Positions 44,996 through 56,700 of a DNA stretch of 64,000 bases are shown piece by piece; positions within the stretch are counted from its first letter, which is position 1, and each line of letters begins with the position of its first letter. Both the position numbers and the translations under genes were made by a program. Source of the DNA: Myxococcales bacterium (GTDB lineage: Bacteria; Myxococcota; Myxococcia; Myxococcales; UBA5297); the NCBI GenBank assembly GCA_031552145.1, contig JAVBMV010000010.1:48027-112026 (forward strand), read 5' to 3'. The notes beneath the pieces were generated by a model. The model searched no databases. It saw nothing but the letters and a program-made list of their open reading frames with translations, and was not told the origin of the DNA.

Positions 44996-46042
44996 CTATT
45001 CGAAAAACTCGCTCGCCGGGAAGAGCAGCACCTCACCGATGTTGCGCGCGCCCAGCAGCATCATCAGGAGGCGATCGAACCCGAGCGCGATCCCAGCGCA
45101 GGGGGGCAGCCGTCCCACTGCCTCGAGGAAGTGCTCGTCGAGCGGGTAGACCTCGCGCCCCTCCTGGCCGCGCTGCTCCTGTTCGAGTTGCAGGCGCCGC
45201 CGCTGCTCGCCGGCATCCGTCAGCTCGCTGAAGCCGTTGGCCAACTCCACGCCGCCGAGATAGAGCTCGACGCGCTCGGCCACCCGCGGCTCGCCCGGCT
45301 TCAGCCGCGCGAGCGAGGCCATGCTCGCGGGATACTCGATCAAGAACGTGGGGCGCTCGAAGCCGAGCGTCGGCTCGATGGCCGAGAGGAAGAGCTGAAA
45401 GAAGAGATCCTCGAAGCTGCGCGCTCCGGCGCCCTCCGGCGCGCGAGGCACATAGAGTCCCCGCGCATCGGCGGCCGCGTAGAGCGCCTCGACCGTGGGC
45501 TCCTGCTCCAGATCGACGCCGAGGCGGCTTCGAAAGGCTTCGCGCACCGTGAGCCGCTCGAAGGGTCCCGCGAGTGGAACCTCTCTCCCGTCGCTCAGCG
45601 CGACGCTCTCGCGCCCGAGCGCCTTCGCGCTGCAGCGCACCAGCGCCTCGGTGTCGCGCATGATGTCGCCATAGTCGGCGTGGGCCCGATAGAACTCGAG
45701 CATGGTGAACTCGGGGTTGTGCAGCTGCGCGATCTCCCCGTTCCTGTAGACGCGCGCCAGCTGGAAGATGCGCTCATATCCCTCCGCGAGCAGCCGCTTC
45801 ATCGCGTACTCGGGGCTTGTGTGGAGGTAGAGGCTACGCGCGCGCCCCTCCGGCGTCTCGGGCACGAAGCGCGCCTCGAAGGCTCTGATCGCGGGCTCCA
45901 TTCCCGGCGCAGGCACCAGCGAAGGCGTCTCCACCTCTTCGAAACCCCACGTGGCGAAGAGCCCCCGCAGCGATTCCTGTACCAAAGCGCGCGCGCGCGC
46001 GGCCCGACGCCGTCTCTCCGAGAGCTCTGAACGTCTGCTCAC
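44996..46042 (-). CDS. epmA: EF-P lysine aminoacylase
   Basis: LysRS catalytic core only: LHTSPEYAMKRLL, HNPEFTMLEFY, ELANG, ALGFDRL. Confidence 0.93.
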   Translation of the reverse strand: MSRRSELSERRRRAARARALVQESLRGLFATWGFEEVETPSLVPAPGMEPAIRAFEARFVPETPEGRARSLYLHTSPEYAMKRLLAEGYERIFQLARVYRNGEIAQLHNPEFTMLEFYRAHADYGDIMRDTEALVRCSAKALGRESVALSDGREVPLAGPFERLTVREAFRSRLGVDLEQEPTVEALYAAADARGLYVPRAPEGAGARSFEDLFFQLFLSAIEPTLGFERPTFLIEYPASMASLARLKPGEPRVAERVELYLGGVELANGFSELTDAGEQRRRLQLEQEQRGQEGREVYPLDEHFLEAVGRLPPCAGIALGFDRLLMMLLGARNIGEVLLFPASEFFE

Positions 46043-47052
46043 GCGGTCCTCCCTCTCCGGGCGCCCGGCCCACGCGGCGCGATGGAGGGACTGGCCAGCG
46101 GCGCGTCGAGCACCACCAGCGCCATCTCTTCCTTGCCGACCTTCCCAGTCGCCACTCCCGCCGCGAGCGCCGCCAGCGAGCGAGCGCCCCCGCGCCCCAC
46201 GAGGAGACCCGCGCGCCGAGCACACTGCGCCATCGCCTCGGCCAACTCCGACTCCGCGAGGTCGCGGCCGAGCTCCTCCGCCGATACGAGCCGTGGGCGC
46301 CGCTTACAGAGCCCCAGCTCCAACATCGCCTCGAACCCCGCTTCTATCGACCGCGCCACTCGGGCATCGGACTCGGGAAGAAGCAGCACATCGGCCATCC
46401 GCTCCGAGAGCTGCTCGCCGAGCTCGAGCCCCAGCGTGGCGAGGCCGTCGGCACCGGCCGCCTCGCTCACGGACCCGAATCCCTGGCCGCCCTCGCCGCC
46501 AGCACTGGAAGCAGCGGGAACTGCCGCGCCACAGAGCGCGGCGAAGGCTTGCTCCTCATCCGACACCGCCTCTCCGTAGGAGAGGCGCGCCGAGAGGCCA
46601 AGAGAGGCGCTCCAGGCGGCGAAGGCCGCTCCTTCCCTCGGCGCGCAATCGCGCTCGAACCCCACCGCGCCGCTCTCTCGCAAGCGCGTGAGCGCGACAG
46701 CCGCGGCGCGATCGTGGAGCGAACCCGTGGGATTGCGCCCCTCCTCCTTGAGCCAGAGGCCCGCCACTCCGGCCCACTCGGCGAGGCGCGGCGCCCCCGA
46801 GAGCGGCGTCCAGCCGACTTGCAGCGGAGGAAGCTCCGCGAACTCGTCGACGGGGAGCAGCTCCCGGTAGCGCCAGAGCCACTGCTCCCGCCTCGCGAGC
46901 GCGTCGAGAGAGAGCCTCCCGCGCAGCCACGACAGGTCATAATGCCCGCGCGCCGCGCCTGTCGCGCCGCAGTCCGGGCAGGGAGAGAGCTCGCGCCGGG
47001 ATGGCGCCTTGCAGACAGTGCACTGGTATCCGAGCATCGTCTCTTGACTCAT
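46039..47052 (-). CDS. Threonine-synthase-fold protein, catalytically degenerate
   Basis: CxxC..CxxC, LWRYRELLP, GWTPL, LKEEGRNPTGSLHDR with the expected Lys replaced by His. Confidence 0.8.
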   Translation of the reverse strand: MSQETMLGYQCTVCKAPSRRELSPCPDCGATGAARGHYDLSWLRGRLSLDALARREQWLWRYRELLPVDEFAELPPLQVGWTPLSGAPRLAEWAGVAGLWLKEEGRNPTGSLHDRAAAVALTRLRESGAVGFERDCAPREGAAFAAWSASLGLSARLSYGEAVSDEEQAFAALCGAAVPAASSAGGEGGQGFGSVSEAAGADGLATLGLELGEQLSERMADVLLLPESDARVARSIEAGFEAMLELGLCKRRPRLVSAEELGRDLAESELAEAMAQCARRAGLLVGRGGARSLAALAAGVATGKVGKEEMALVVLDAPLASPSIAPRGPGARRGRTA

Positions 47053-47130
47053 CTCACGCTCCGAGAGAGAGAAGCAGCGAAGGTACTTAGGGTGGGCAGC
47101 CGCCATCCTATAGGCTTCGAAGGAAGACGC

Positions 47131-47556
47131 ATGCAGAACTTGAAAGAGAAACTCCTGCAGGCCGGGCTCATCCCTCAAAACTACCGCCCGGGCGAGACGC
47201 CCGAGCAGCGCTCCGCGCGGATGAACAAGGAACAGGCGGAGAAGCGTTCGAAGATCGCCCAGCTGGTCAAGAGCGCGCACCTGGAGCTCCCCATGGGGGA
47301 GAACCTCTTCTTCTTTACGACGCGCTCGAAAAAGATGCGGCGCCTGCTGCTCGAGGCGGAGGCCAAGAGCGCGCTCGAGAAGGGGCTCTACGCAGTGGTC
47401 GACTGGCCCGACAGGCCCGACTTTCCCTGGGCGGTGGTACCGCGCAAGTGCGCCGAGGCCATCCTGGCGATCGACCCAGGCGCCGTGCGCTTCTACATCC
47501 GCAGCGAGGCGGAGCAGCTCGGCGTCGCTCCCGAAGCCGGGAACGGAAAGCCGTAG
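47131..47556 (+). CDS. DUF2058/YaiL-like protein
   Basis: MQNLKEKLLQAGL N-terminus; FFF..K; AVVP..AE.I. Confidence 0.7.
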   Translation: MQNLKEKLLQAGLIPQNYRPGETPEQRSARMNKEQAEKRSKIAQLVKSAHLELPMGENLFFFTTRSKKMRRLLLEAEAKSALEKGLYAVVDWPDRPDFPWAVVPRKCAEAILAIDPGAVRFYIRSEAEQLGVAPEAGNGKP

Positions 47557-47694
47557 CAGGAGCGAGCGCCCCTGCCGAGGCCAAACCTTGCGCCTTCCCC
47601 TCGGCGCTGCGATAAGAACAAGAACCGTCGGCTCGAGCCAGGACGTTTTCAGGCTTGGGGCGACACTTCGACTTCAATCGTTTTGGATGACCCC

Positions 47695-48249
47695 ATGGCC
47701 CGCACCCTGCTGATCGTAGATGACGAAGAGAACGTCCGGAATGCGTTGAAGCGCTCTCTCCGCAAGGAGGGCTATGAGTTTCACACCGCCTCCGGCCCTG
47801 AGGAGGCCCTGGAGATCCTCAAGCGCGTCCCCGTCGACGTGGTCATCTCCGACCACATGATGCCGAAGATCACCGGGATCGAGTTTCTCTCTATGGTGCG
47901 CGACCGGTACCCCGACGTGGGGCGCATCATGCTGACGGGCGAAGCGGATATGAACACCGCCATCCGCGCGATCAACGACGGCCAGATCTACCGCTTCCTG
48001 CGCAAGCCCTGGGACGACACCGAGATCAAGGTGATCCTCGCCTTCGCCTTCGAGAAGGTGGAGGAAGAGCGCGAAACACGGCGGCTCCTCGCCAACGCGC
48101 GGAAGGCAGCCGTGGAGCAGGCCTCGGGCACACCCGCGGCGCCTGCACGCTCGGCCGAGATGACCGAACTCGAGCAGGCCCACCCCGGCATCTCGTCGGT
48201 GAAGCGCGACGAGAGCGGCGCGGTCATCCTCGACGAGGACGACACCTAG
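47695..48249 (+). CDS. Response regulator, receiver plus short acidic tail
   Basis: LIVDDE, ISDHMMP, MLTG, AINDG.IYRF..KPW. Confidence 0.9.
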   Translation: MARTLLIVDDEENVRNALKRSLRKEGYEFHTASGPEEALEILKRVPVDVVISDHMMPKITGIEFLSMVRDRYPDVGRIMLTGEADMNTAIRAINDGQIYRFLRKPWDDTEIKVILAFAFEKVEEERETRRLLANARKAAVEQASGTPAAPARSAEMTELEQAHPGISSVKRDESGAVILDEDDT

Positions 48250-48265
48250 GCGCGGAGCCTAATCG

Positions 48266-49291
48266 ATGCGAATCCTCTCTGGCGTACAGCCCTCTGGCGC
48301 GCTGCACCTGGGCAACTATTTCGGCGCCGTCAAACAGTTCGTCGAGTTGCAGACCGAGGGCGAGGCGCTCTACTTCATCGCCGATCTCCACGCGATGACC
48401 TCCACCCGGGAGCCCGAGGCGCTCGCAAGGCAGAGCCGCGCCATCGCCCTCGACTTCTTGGCGCTCGGGCTCGACCCGGCGCGCGCGACGCTCTTTCGGC
48501 AGTCCGACATTGCCTGGCATACCGAGCTCTACTGGATCCTCGGCAGCGTCACGCCCATGGCGCTCCTCGAGCGCGGCCACAGCTACAAGGACAAGACCGC
48601 GCGCGGTCTCTCACCCGATCTCGGCCTCTTCGCCTATCCCGTGCTGATGGCGGCCGACATCCTGCTCTACGGCGCCGAGCGCGTCCCCGTCGGCAAGGAT
48701 CAGAAGCAGCACCTGGAGTTCGCTCGGGACATCGCCACCAAGTTCAACATGACCTACGTCAAGGGATACGACCCGCAGGATCCCATGGGGCGGGAGAAGG
48801 GCAAGCCCGGGCTCCTGCGCCTCCCCGAGCCGGTCATCCTCGACAGCACGGCGGTCGTGCCCGGCGCCGACGGCCAGAAGATGTCGAAGAGCTACGCCAA
48901 CACCATCGACCTCTTCGCCGAGGACAAGGTCCTCAAGAAGCAGATCATGGGGATCGTCACCGACTCGACGCCGGTGGAGGCACCCAAGGATCCCGCCACC
49001 AGCTCGCTCTTCGCGCTCCTGAAGCTCTTCCTCTCCCCCGCCGAGCTCGCCGAGCTCGAGGGCTCCTTCCGGCGCGGCGGGACCGGCTACGGCGAGTATA
49101 AGAAGCAACTCCTCGCGGCCTTCCATGCGCACTTCGACGGCGCTCGAGCGAAGCGGGCCGAGCTGGCGAAGGCGCCCGACTATGTAGACACGGTCCTGCG
49201 CGAGGGCGCCGCCCGCGCGCGCAACATTGCAGCTCCAATCATCGGCGCCGTCCGCGCCGCGGTAGGTCTGCCCTCCCAACGCGCCTCCTGA
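48266..49291 (+). CDS. trpS: Tryptophanyl-tRNA synthetase
   Basis: [26 protein letters not shown]. Confidence 0.97.
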   Translation: MRILSGVQPSGALHLGNYFGAVKQFVELQTEGEALYFIADLHAMTSTREPEALARQSRAIALDFLALGLDPARATLFRQSDIAWHTELYWILGSVTPMALLERGHSYKDKTARGLSPDLGLFAYPVLMAADILLYGAERVPVGKDQKQHLEFARDIATKFNMTYVKGYDPQDPMGREKGKPGLLRLPEPVILDSTAVVPGADGQKMSKSYANTIDLFAEDKVLKKQIMGIVTDSTPVEAPKDPATSSLFALLKLFLSPAELAELEGSFRRGGTGYGEYKKQLLAAFHAHFDGARAKRAELAKAPDYVDTVLREGAARARNIAAPIIGAVRAAVGLPSQRAS

Positions 49292-49322
49292 GAACCTCGC
49301 GCACGCCAGGCAACAGCAGACC

Positions 49323-50684
49323 ATGACCCAGCGCCGCACCACGACCCCGGCACCCAAGAGCCTCTTCATCGTCACCTTGGGCTGCTCCAAGAACCGCGTC
49401 GACAGCGAGGTGATCCTCGGCACCCTGCTCGCCCAGGGGCACCGCCTGGTCGACGAGCCGGCCGAGGCCAAGGCCATCATCGTCAACACCTGCGCCTTCG
49501 TCCGAGACGCAAAAGAGGAGTCGGTCCAGACGATCCTGGAGTTGGCCGAGCAGAAGCGAACAGGCCGATGTCAGCTCCTGCTGGTCGCCGGTTGCCTCGC
49601 CCAGCGCTACATCGACGAGCTCTTGGTAGAGCTGCCGGAGGTGGATCACTTCGTCGGAACGGGCGGCTACGCTCAGATCGCCGATCTGCTCGCGGCCGAC
49701 GCGCTGCCCCGCGCCTATCTCCCTGCGCTCGAGTACATCCACAGCGCCGCGACCCCGCGCGTCAACTCGATGGCGCGACACACCGCCTTTGTAAAGATCA
49801 GCGAGGGGTGTGACAACGCCTGCGCCTTCTGCGCCATCCCGATGATCCGCGGGGCTCAGCGCTCGCGCCCCATGGACGATATCGCGGCCGAGGTGGCGCG
49901 CCTGGCGCGGCAGGGATGCGTCGAGTTCAACCTCATCGCGCAGGATCTCACGGCCTATGGGCAAGATCTCCCGGGCCGCCCCAGGCTCCACGAGCTGCTC
50001 CGCTACCTCTGCGGCATGAAGGGCGCCGAGGCGCCGCGCTGGCTGCGCCTGCACTACGCCTACCCGCGCGACTTTCCCGACGCGCTCATCGAGACGATCG
50101 CCGCCGAGCCCCAGATCGTGAAATACCTGGATATGCCGCTGCAGCACATCAGCGATCCGCTGCTGCGCGCGATGCGGCGCGGCAAAGACGCGGCCTTCAT
50201 CCGCAAGCTGCTCACCAAGCTGCGCGAACGCATCCCCGGGCTGGTGCTGCGCACCTCGCTCATCTCGGGCCTGCCCGGCGAGACCGAGGAGCAACACCGC
50301 GAGCTGCTCGACTTCGTCGCGGAGCAGCGCTTCGAACGGCTCGGGTGTTTCGAGTTCAGCCCCGAGGAGGGGACCCGCGCCGCTACCATGGAGAAACAAG
50401 TCGCGCGGCGCACCATCGCCCGCCGTCGGCGCGAGGTGATGGCGCTGCAGCGCCGGATCAGCCGGGAGCAGAACCGCGCGATGGTCGGCAAGCGCATCGA
50501 GCTGCTGGTCGAGGGGGTCTCTCCCGAGACCGAACATCTCCTCATAGGTCGCCACGCCGGGCAATCGTGCGAAGGGATCGACGGCGTCACCTATATCAAC
50601 GAGGGCTCCTCCCAGCCCGGCGAACTCGTGCAGGCCGAGGTGGTGCAAGCGGCCGATTATGACCTGGTGGCTCGCATCGTATAG
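49323..50684 (+). CDS. rimO: Ribosomal protein S12 methylthiotransferase
   Basis: [26 protein letters not shown]-terminal TRAM domain. Confidence 0.95.
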   Translation: MTQRRTTTPAPKSLFIVTLGCSKNRVDSEVILGTLLAQGHRLVDEPAEAKAIIVNTCAFVRDAKEESVQTILELAEQKRTGRCQLLLVAGCLAQRYIDELLVELPEVDHFVGTGGYAQIADLLAADALPRAYLPALEYIHSAATPRVNSMARHTAFVKISEGCDNACAFCAIPMIRGAQRSRPMDDIAAEVARLARQGCVEFNLIAQDLTAYGQDLPGRPRLHELLRYLCGMKGAEAPRWLRLHYAYPRDFPDALIETIAAEPQIVKYLDMPLQHISDPLLRAMRRGKDAAFIRKLLTKLRERIPGLVLRTSLISGLPGETEEQHRELLDFVAEQRFERLGCFEFSPEEGTRAATMEKQVARRTIARRRREVMALQRRISREQNRAMVGKRIELLVEGVSPETEHLLIGRHAGQSCEGIDGVTYINEGSSQPGELVQAEVVQAADYDLVARIV

Positions 50685-50729
50685 GGAGTTGTGCTTGAAT
50701 CCTCCGATACCCATCCGATCGGAGAAGCC

Positions 50730-53700
50730 ATGCTCTCGCCGCAGAAGTTCGCGTTGTGTCTGGGGGTTCTGCTCGCCATTAGTGGATGTGGGGACGACAA
50801 TCCTCCATCGCCCGGCGACAACTCCGACATCGGGGTGGATGGCGGCGACATTGGGCCCGACGCGGACGGTGGACTCCCCGACGCCGACGGCGGACTCACC
50901 GACGGCGACGCCTGCGTCCCCAACTGCGAGGGCAAAGAGTGCGGCGACGATGGCTGCGGGGAGCCCTGCGGCACCTGTACCGAGGAGAACTATTACTGCG
51001 ACTACGCAACCTCGAGTTGCCGGTGCGACGGCGAGGCCGAGGGAGAACTCTGCGCCCTCGCCGGCGCGGAATGCGGCAAGGGGAAGGTCGTCGACCGCTG
51101 CGGCGCGGAGCGCCCCTTCAACTGCGGTGCGACCTGCGCCGGGGGCGACCGCTGCGGCGAGGATAATCGCTGCCATTGCCTCCCCGTCTCCCACGCCACG
51201 CTCTGCACCCGCGACAATAAAAACTGTGGGCCATACAGCGCGCTCGACAACTGCGGCACCCCGGTCAGCATCGAGGACTGCGCGATTGGCGCCGCCGCCT
51301 GCCCCTCCGAAAAGGATTGCAACGACAACGTCTGTACGGAGCCCCGCGCTCCGACGAACGATGAATGCGCCCAGGCCTCCCCACTGGTCTTGGTCGGCGG
51401 TGCCGCGGAGCGCGCGCGGCTAAACCTGGCCATGGCTGGCGACAACGCCTCTGGGAGCTGCGCCTCCGCGCACCCCAACATGCGCGACGCCGTCTACGAG
51501 CTAAAGCTCGAGCAGCCAAGCCGACTTCACGTCGAGCTCTCCAACGAGCAGGGCGTGGAGGCAAAGAACGCCCTCTACATCCTTCGCGACTGCGAGCTGC
51601 CGCAGAGCGAGCTGGGCTGCGCGCTCTCGCCCGACAACACCCGCCCGGCGAAGCTCGATATCGCCGCGATCGGACCGGGCACCTTCTATTTATGGCTCGA
51701 TACCACGGGCAACAGCTCCGACGCCCGATGGCTGCGCAACCTGAAGGTCGAAGCAACGCCGCTCGACGGCGAGCCACCCCCCAATGATCAATGTGGCGAC
51801 GGCGTCGACCTCGCCGCCGAGGAGCTCCACTTCACCGATGGCGTCGCCACTGTCGAAGGTGACACTACCCTGGCGGCCGACGACCTCCACGGCTGCGACA
51901 CCAGCGTGGCCAGCGGAAAGGATCTTTTTTACCGCTTCGAAGTGACCGATGAGGAGGCGCCCGTGGACCTCGCCGTCCGAGTGGCGCCGGTCGATGGCTC
52001 GCCCATCATCCCTGGGGTCGCGCTGCTCTCGAGCTGTGACGCCCAGGTGCCCTTCGTCGAGTGCGCTGCGGCGCGTGTCATCTCTGGGCAGCCCGCCACC
52101 GCCAATCTCGGCTATCACGCGCTCGGTGCTGGGACCTGGATCCTGGCCGTCGACACCGTGGGCGCCAGGCCGGGCAGTTTCATGCTGACGGTGACGCTCT
52201 CCCCAGGAACCCTGCCTCCGGCCAATGACGGCTGCTCCAACCCCGAGCGGCTCACCTTTGCGCCGGGCGAAGGGACAAAGCGCCTCAGCGGAAGCACGGT
52301 CGGCGCCACCTCGAATTGGTCCCGCGGTATCTGCCAACCAGGTAGTCTGATCGAAGGTCCGGACGTGGTTTATGCGCTGACAGTAGAGAACCCGTCGGCC
52401 CTCCTCGTCCACGTCGACTTCCCGGACAAAACTTTTATGGGGGTCAACGAGTTCATGCCCGTACCCTTCCTCCTGCGGAAGGATCTCTGCGAAACGGAAG
52501 AGGTCTTCGCCTGCGGCAGGATCTGGGGGGGAAACAATCCCGATCGTGGGGTCAACAATCGCGCCGGCACGCTCAACGTGCCCGAGTTGGAGCCGGGTAC
52601 CTGGTATCTGGTCATCGACGCGGTAAGTGAGACTGCGGGACGATTCCTGCTCGATATCGACTTGATCCCGAAGATCGTCAACGACAACTGCGCCACGGCG
52701 GCGCCGCTCGATTTCAGCCAGTCGAATCAGATCACCATCGTCTCCACCACCGAGTGGGCCGAGAAGGATGCCGCGCCGATGCTCCTGCGCGACGGCGGCT
52801 GCAGCAACAACGATATGTTGTCGGGGAAGGATCTGGTCTGGAAGTTCAATATCGAGGCGGGCCAAGCGAAGAACCTGACTGTGCGCGGCATGCACAAGGT
52901 CTACGGAATTGCACCCTGGAACAGCCCCACCTTCTTTGTCCGCAAGGAGTGCGGAGTGCGGGAGAGCGAGGTGGCCTGCTTGGCGGGCACCAAGCAGGAG
53001 CCAGGCACGAGCCTCGCATTTACCGCGAACCGGCTCACCGGCGGCGCCACTGGGAGCACCTGGTATCTATGGGCCGAAGGAGCGGAGCTCTTCGACGGCC
53101 CCTTCCAGGCGCAGCTCACGCTCTCCGACTCGACGCTGGCCCTGAACGATCTCTGCGGCGACGCGGAGCTGTTGGTGTTGAAGGACGGATTGTATGAGGT
53201 CAAGGGGAACACCATCCAGGGAAAGAGCGACTACACGGCCAGCTGCAACGTCTCGGCGAATGGCGGAGACCTCGTCTATCGCCTCCCCATCACGTCGCCC
53301 AGCAGCGTCACCGTTTCGGTGAGCCGGGAGGACTCCTCGATGGTGCCGCTCCTCTTCGCCCGCGCCGGGTGCGGACCGGCGGCGGCCGATCTTGCCTGTG
53401 CCCTGGGCACCAGCAGGGAGGGCGCCGCCAGCCTTTCGATTCGCAATGTCTCGAGCGACCTCTTTCTCTTTGTCGCTTCGCCTTTCAGGAGTCAGGAGGG
53501 CGCCTTCAAGCTGACCGCCACCGTCTCCGAGGCGGGTCAACCTCCGCCCAACGACACCTGCGACGGCGCTTTCCAGGCCCCGCTCACGCTCTCGGCCCGC
53601 ACCCTCTCGGTCCGTTCGGGCAGCTACGAGACGACCGACGCGGCCGCCAACTACTTCGGCACCTGTGCACCTCACCAGACCGGCTACGGGGCCGACCTGC

Positions 53701-56700
53701 TCTTCACCGTGGAGGTCCCCGTCGAGGGGCGGCTCACAGCGCGCGCCGAGCGCGAGTCAGCGACGCCGAACTGGCAGCCCGCCATCTATCTGCGCAAGGC
53801 TCCCTGCGAGGCCCCCGACGCCGCCTCCGAGCTCTCTTGTGGAACAGGCAGCTCGGGCGTGGCACTCACCAGCGCCCATGTCCTCCCCGGGCTTTACTAC
53901 GTCGTGGTCGACGGCATGGACACCACTCCGGGGCGCTTCCACCTCGACCTTTGGGTCACCCCGCAGGGCCCCGTCGCGGACACCTGCGATGCCCGGGTGC
54001 CGATCGCGATCGACGCCGACACCATCGGCCAGGTGCGCGTCACGGGCGACACCAGCCCCGCCTCCGACGGCACCCGCTCGACGATCCTCGGAACGGCTGG
54101 CGGCCGCGGAAACGGGCCCGACGTGGTTTACTCCTTCACGCTCACCGCCCCCGCGCACCTCTCGGCGAAGCTGGCCTTCCTCGACACGGAGGGTGAGGCA
54201 ATCCTCTACCTGCGGCGCGACTGCGCGGGCGTGCGGCCCGGAGACGAGCTGGCGGCCTCGTTCGCGCCCTTGGGAGGTCCCGCCCTCCTCGCCGCGACCT
54301 TGGCGCCGGATATTTATTATCTATGGATTGACTCAACCCTGCCGCTTCGCGGTGCCTTCGACCTCGTCCTCGAGACCTCCGCCCCGGTGGAGCAGGAGCC
54401 CCAGCAGGCCTCCTGCGCGGCGCTGGGCACCTCCCCGCTGCTCCACGACCGCGGCACCATCACCATCCAGGGCTCTACCAACGGCGGCGGCAATCATGCC
54501 TCCGCAAGCTGCAGGGAGGCACCCGGCGCCGAGTCGGTCTACCTCATCACTCTTCCTCCGGGCGAGCTGCGCTCTCTGACTGCGGTCGCGAAGCGCGTCG
54601 GGGATAAGGAGAGCTTCAACCCCGTGCTCTACCTGCGCACCCAGTGCGCTTCGGGAGAGCTGGAGAATGAAGCCTCTTGCGTCGTGGGTGGCGCCGGTCG
54701 CGCCAGGCTCGATCTGCTCATGGCCGACGCGCCGGCCTACTACCTCTTCGTCGACAACTCGAACAGCGAGACCGATTCCTTCGAGCTGACGGTTACGCTC
54801 GCCGACCCCATCCCCGACACCTGCGCCGACGCCGAGCGCGCGCCGCGCACCTTCGCGCCCGACGGCACGCTGACCCTGCGGGGTCACTTCGACGGAGCGA
54901 GGCCCAACAGCGATGACGATTTGTTCTGTGGCGCCAGCGCGGCGAACGTCAGCGGCGATGTCATCTACAAAATCAGGACCCCCAGCTTCACGGGAGAGCG
55001 TTCGCTCGTCATCGACCTCGCCGCCGAGAACCCAACCCTCTTCCCCACTGTCTTCGTGCGCAAGCGCGGCTGCGAGCAGGGCGAGCCCGACGAATCGCAG
55101 CACTGGTGCAGTATGGCGAACCCAGGCACCCGGCTCTACCTCAACGTCCCCATCGATCCCGACAGCACCTTCTGGCTCAGGATCCACTCCTCCGTCGAGG
55201 AGGATCGCGCGACCGGCGACTTTGCGGCGCACCTGGCGCTGATCGACCGGCTCGGGAACCCGCCGGCGGGCAGCTGCGAAGCTCCGCTCCCCGTCGCGCT
55301 GCCCACGGCGGGAGGGTACGCGCACGTCGAGGGGAGCACCGCGACGGGCGAAATGCTCGGGCACACCACTTGCCAACCCTCCAACACGGGCAGGGAGCAG
55401 GTCTATTTGCTCGATCTGCAGGGCCCCGCCACGCTCGAGATCGTCGCGAAGCCCAAGGAAGGCTCCCGCTTCGTGGGGAGCCTGGAGCTGCGCACCAGCT
55501 GCTCCAGCGCGGCGCCCATGGCGAGCTGCGCCAACCCTCCCGGCATGGCGGTGACAGGAACCTCCACGCATCTAAAGGTGACGACCGCCGAGGGAGGACA
55601 TCACCTTTTGTGGGTCGACGGCTACAGGGCAGGTGCCGATGGTCCCTTCACGCTCTCGCTCTTCGTGAAATATGCCTCCACCGCGCTGCCCGATACCTGC
55701 GCCGCGCTGAGTCCTCTCACCCTGGAGCAGAACGGCACCACCTATATCGGCGGCACGCTGACGGGAGCGACCGACGACTATGAGAACAGCTGCTCCGCTT
55801 CCGGCGCGCCCGAGCTCCTCTACACCTTCACTCTGGGCGAGGCTCGCTCCCTCAGCGCCGTGCTCGAGGGATCGCTCACACTGCCGCTTACCACGCTCTC
55901 TCTGCGCACCGTTAACTGCGCGAGCGCCCTCCCCTCGAGCGAGCTCGGCTGTTCCAGCGGCACGGCTCCGCACCTCTTCTTCCGCTCACTTCCTCCCGCA
56001 CAATACTGGCTCTTCGCGGAAGGGAGTGCGCCCGGCGACGCCGGCCTCTTCGACCTTGCGCTCACGCTCGGAGACCCCATGCCGAATCTTCCCAACGACC
56101 GCTGCGACGGCCTGGTGGTCGAGCTGACGCCCGGCCCCGACAGGCGCGCCTCCCTCGAGATCGCCGCCCTCGAGGCGGCGCACAACAACCTCGCCGGCGC
56201 CTGCGGCGCAATGCCGGGGCCCGATCTCGTCTACAAGCTCGTGACCCCTGCCGGGATGATGTTGCGCGCCACCGCGACGCCCGCCTCCTCTACGCTCGCG
56301 CCCTCGCTCTACATCAGGACCGAGTGCGAGACGTCGGGAGCAGGCGAGCCTTGCGCGCGCAATGAGCGCCCCGGCACCGCGGCGACGCTCCGGATAGAGC
56401 GCACCCTCGAAACCACCTACTACCTCATCGTCGACGCGGTCGATCCCTGGGCGACCGGAGGGTTTGTGCTCGACGTCTCGCTCTACCCGCCCCCCGCCGC
56501 CGCGGGCAACGATCGCTGCGCCGCGCCGCTTCCGGAGTCGGCGGTGCTCGAGTTCAGCGGCTCTCATGCGCACGTCGTCGACATCATCGACGACGCCACC
56601 CCTGGCACCAGCGGCACCTGCGCAAAGATGGTAGGGCCCGACAAGGTCTATCGCTTCACGCTCGGCTCGCCGAGCTCGCTCGAGGCCGTGATTCATGGCG

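Noticed and set aside
49239-51194. 651-aa minus-strand ORF
   Set aside because: Antisense to rimO and the lipoprotein gene.
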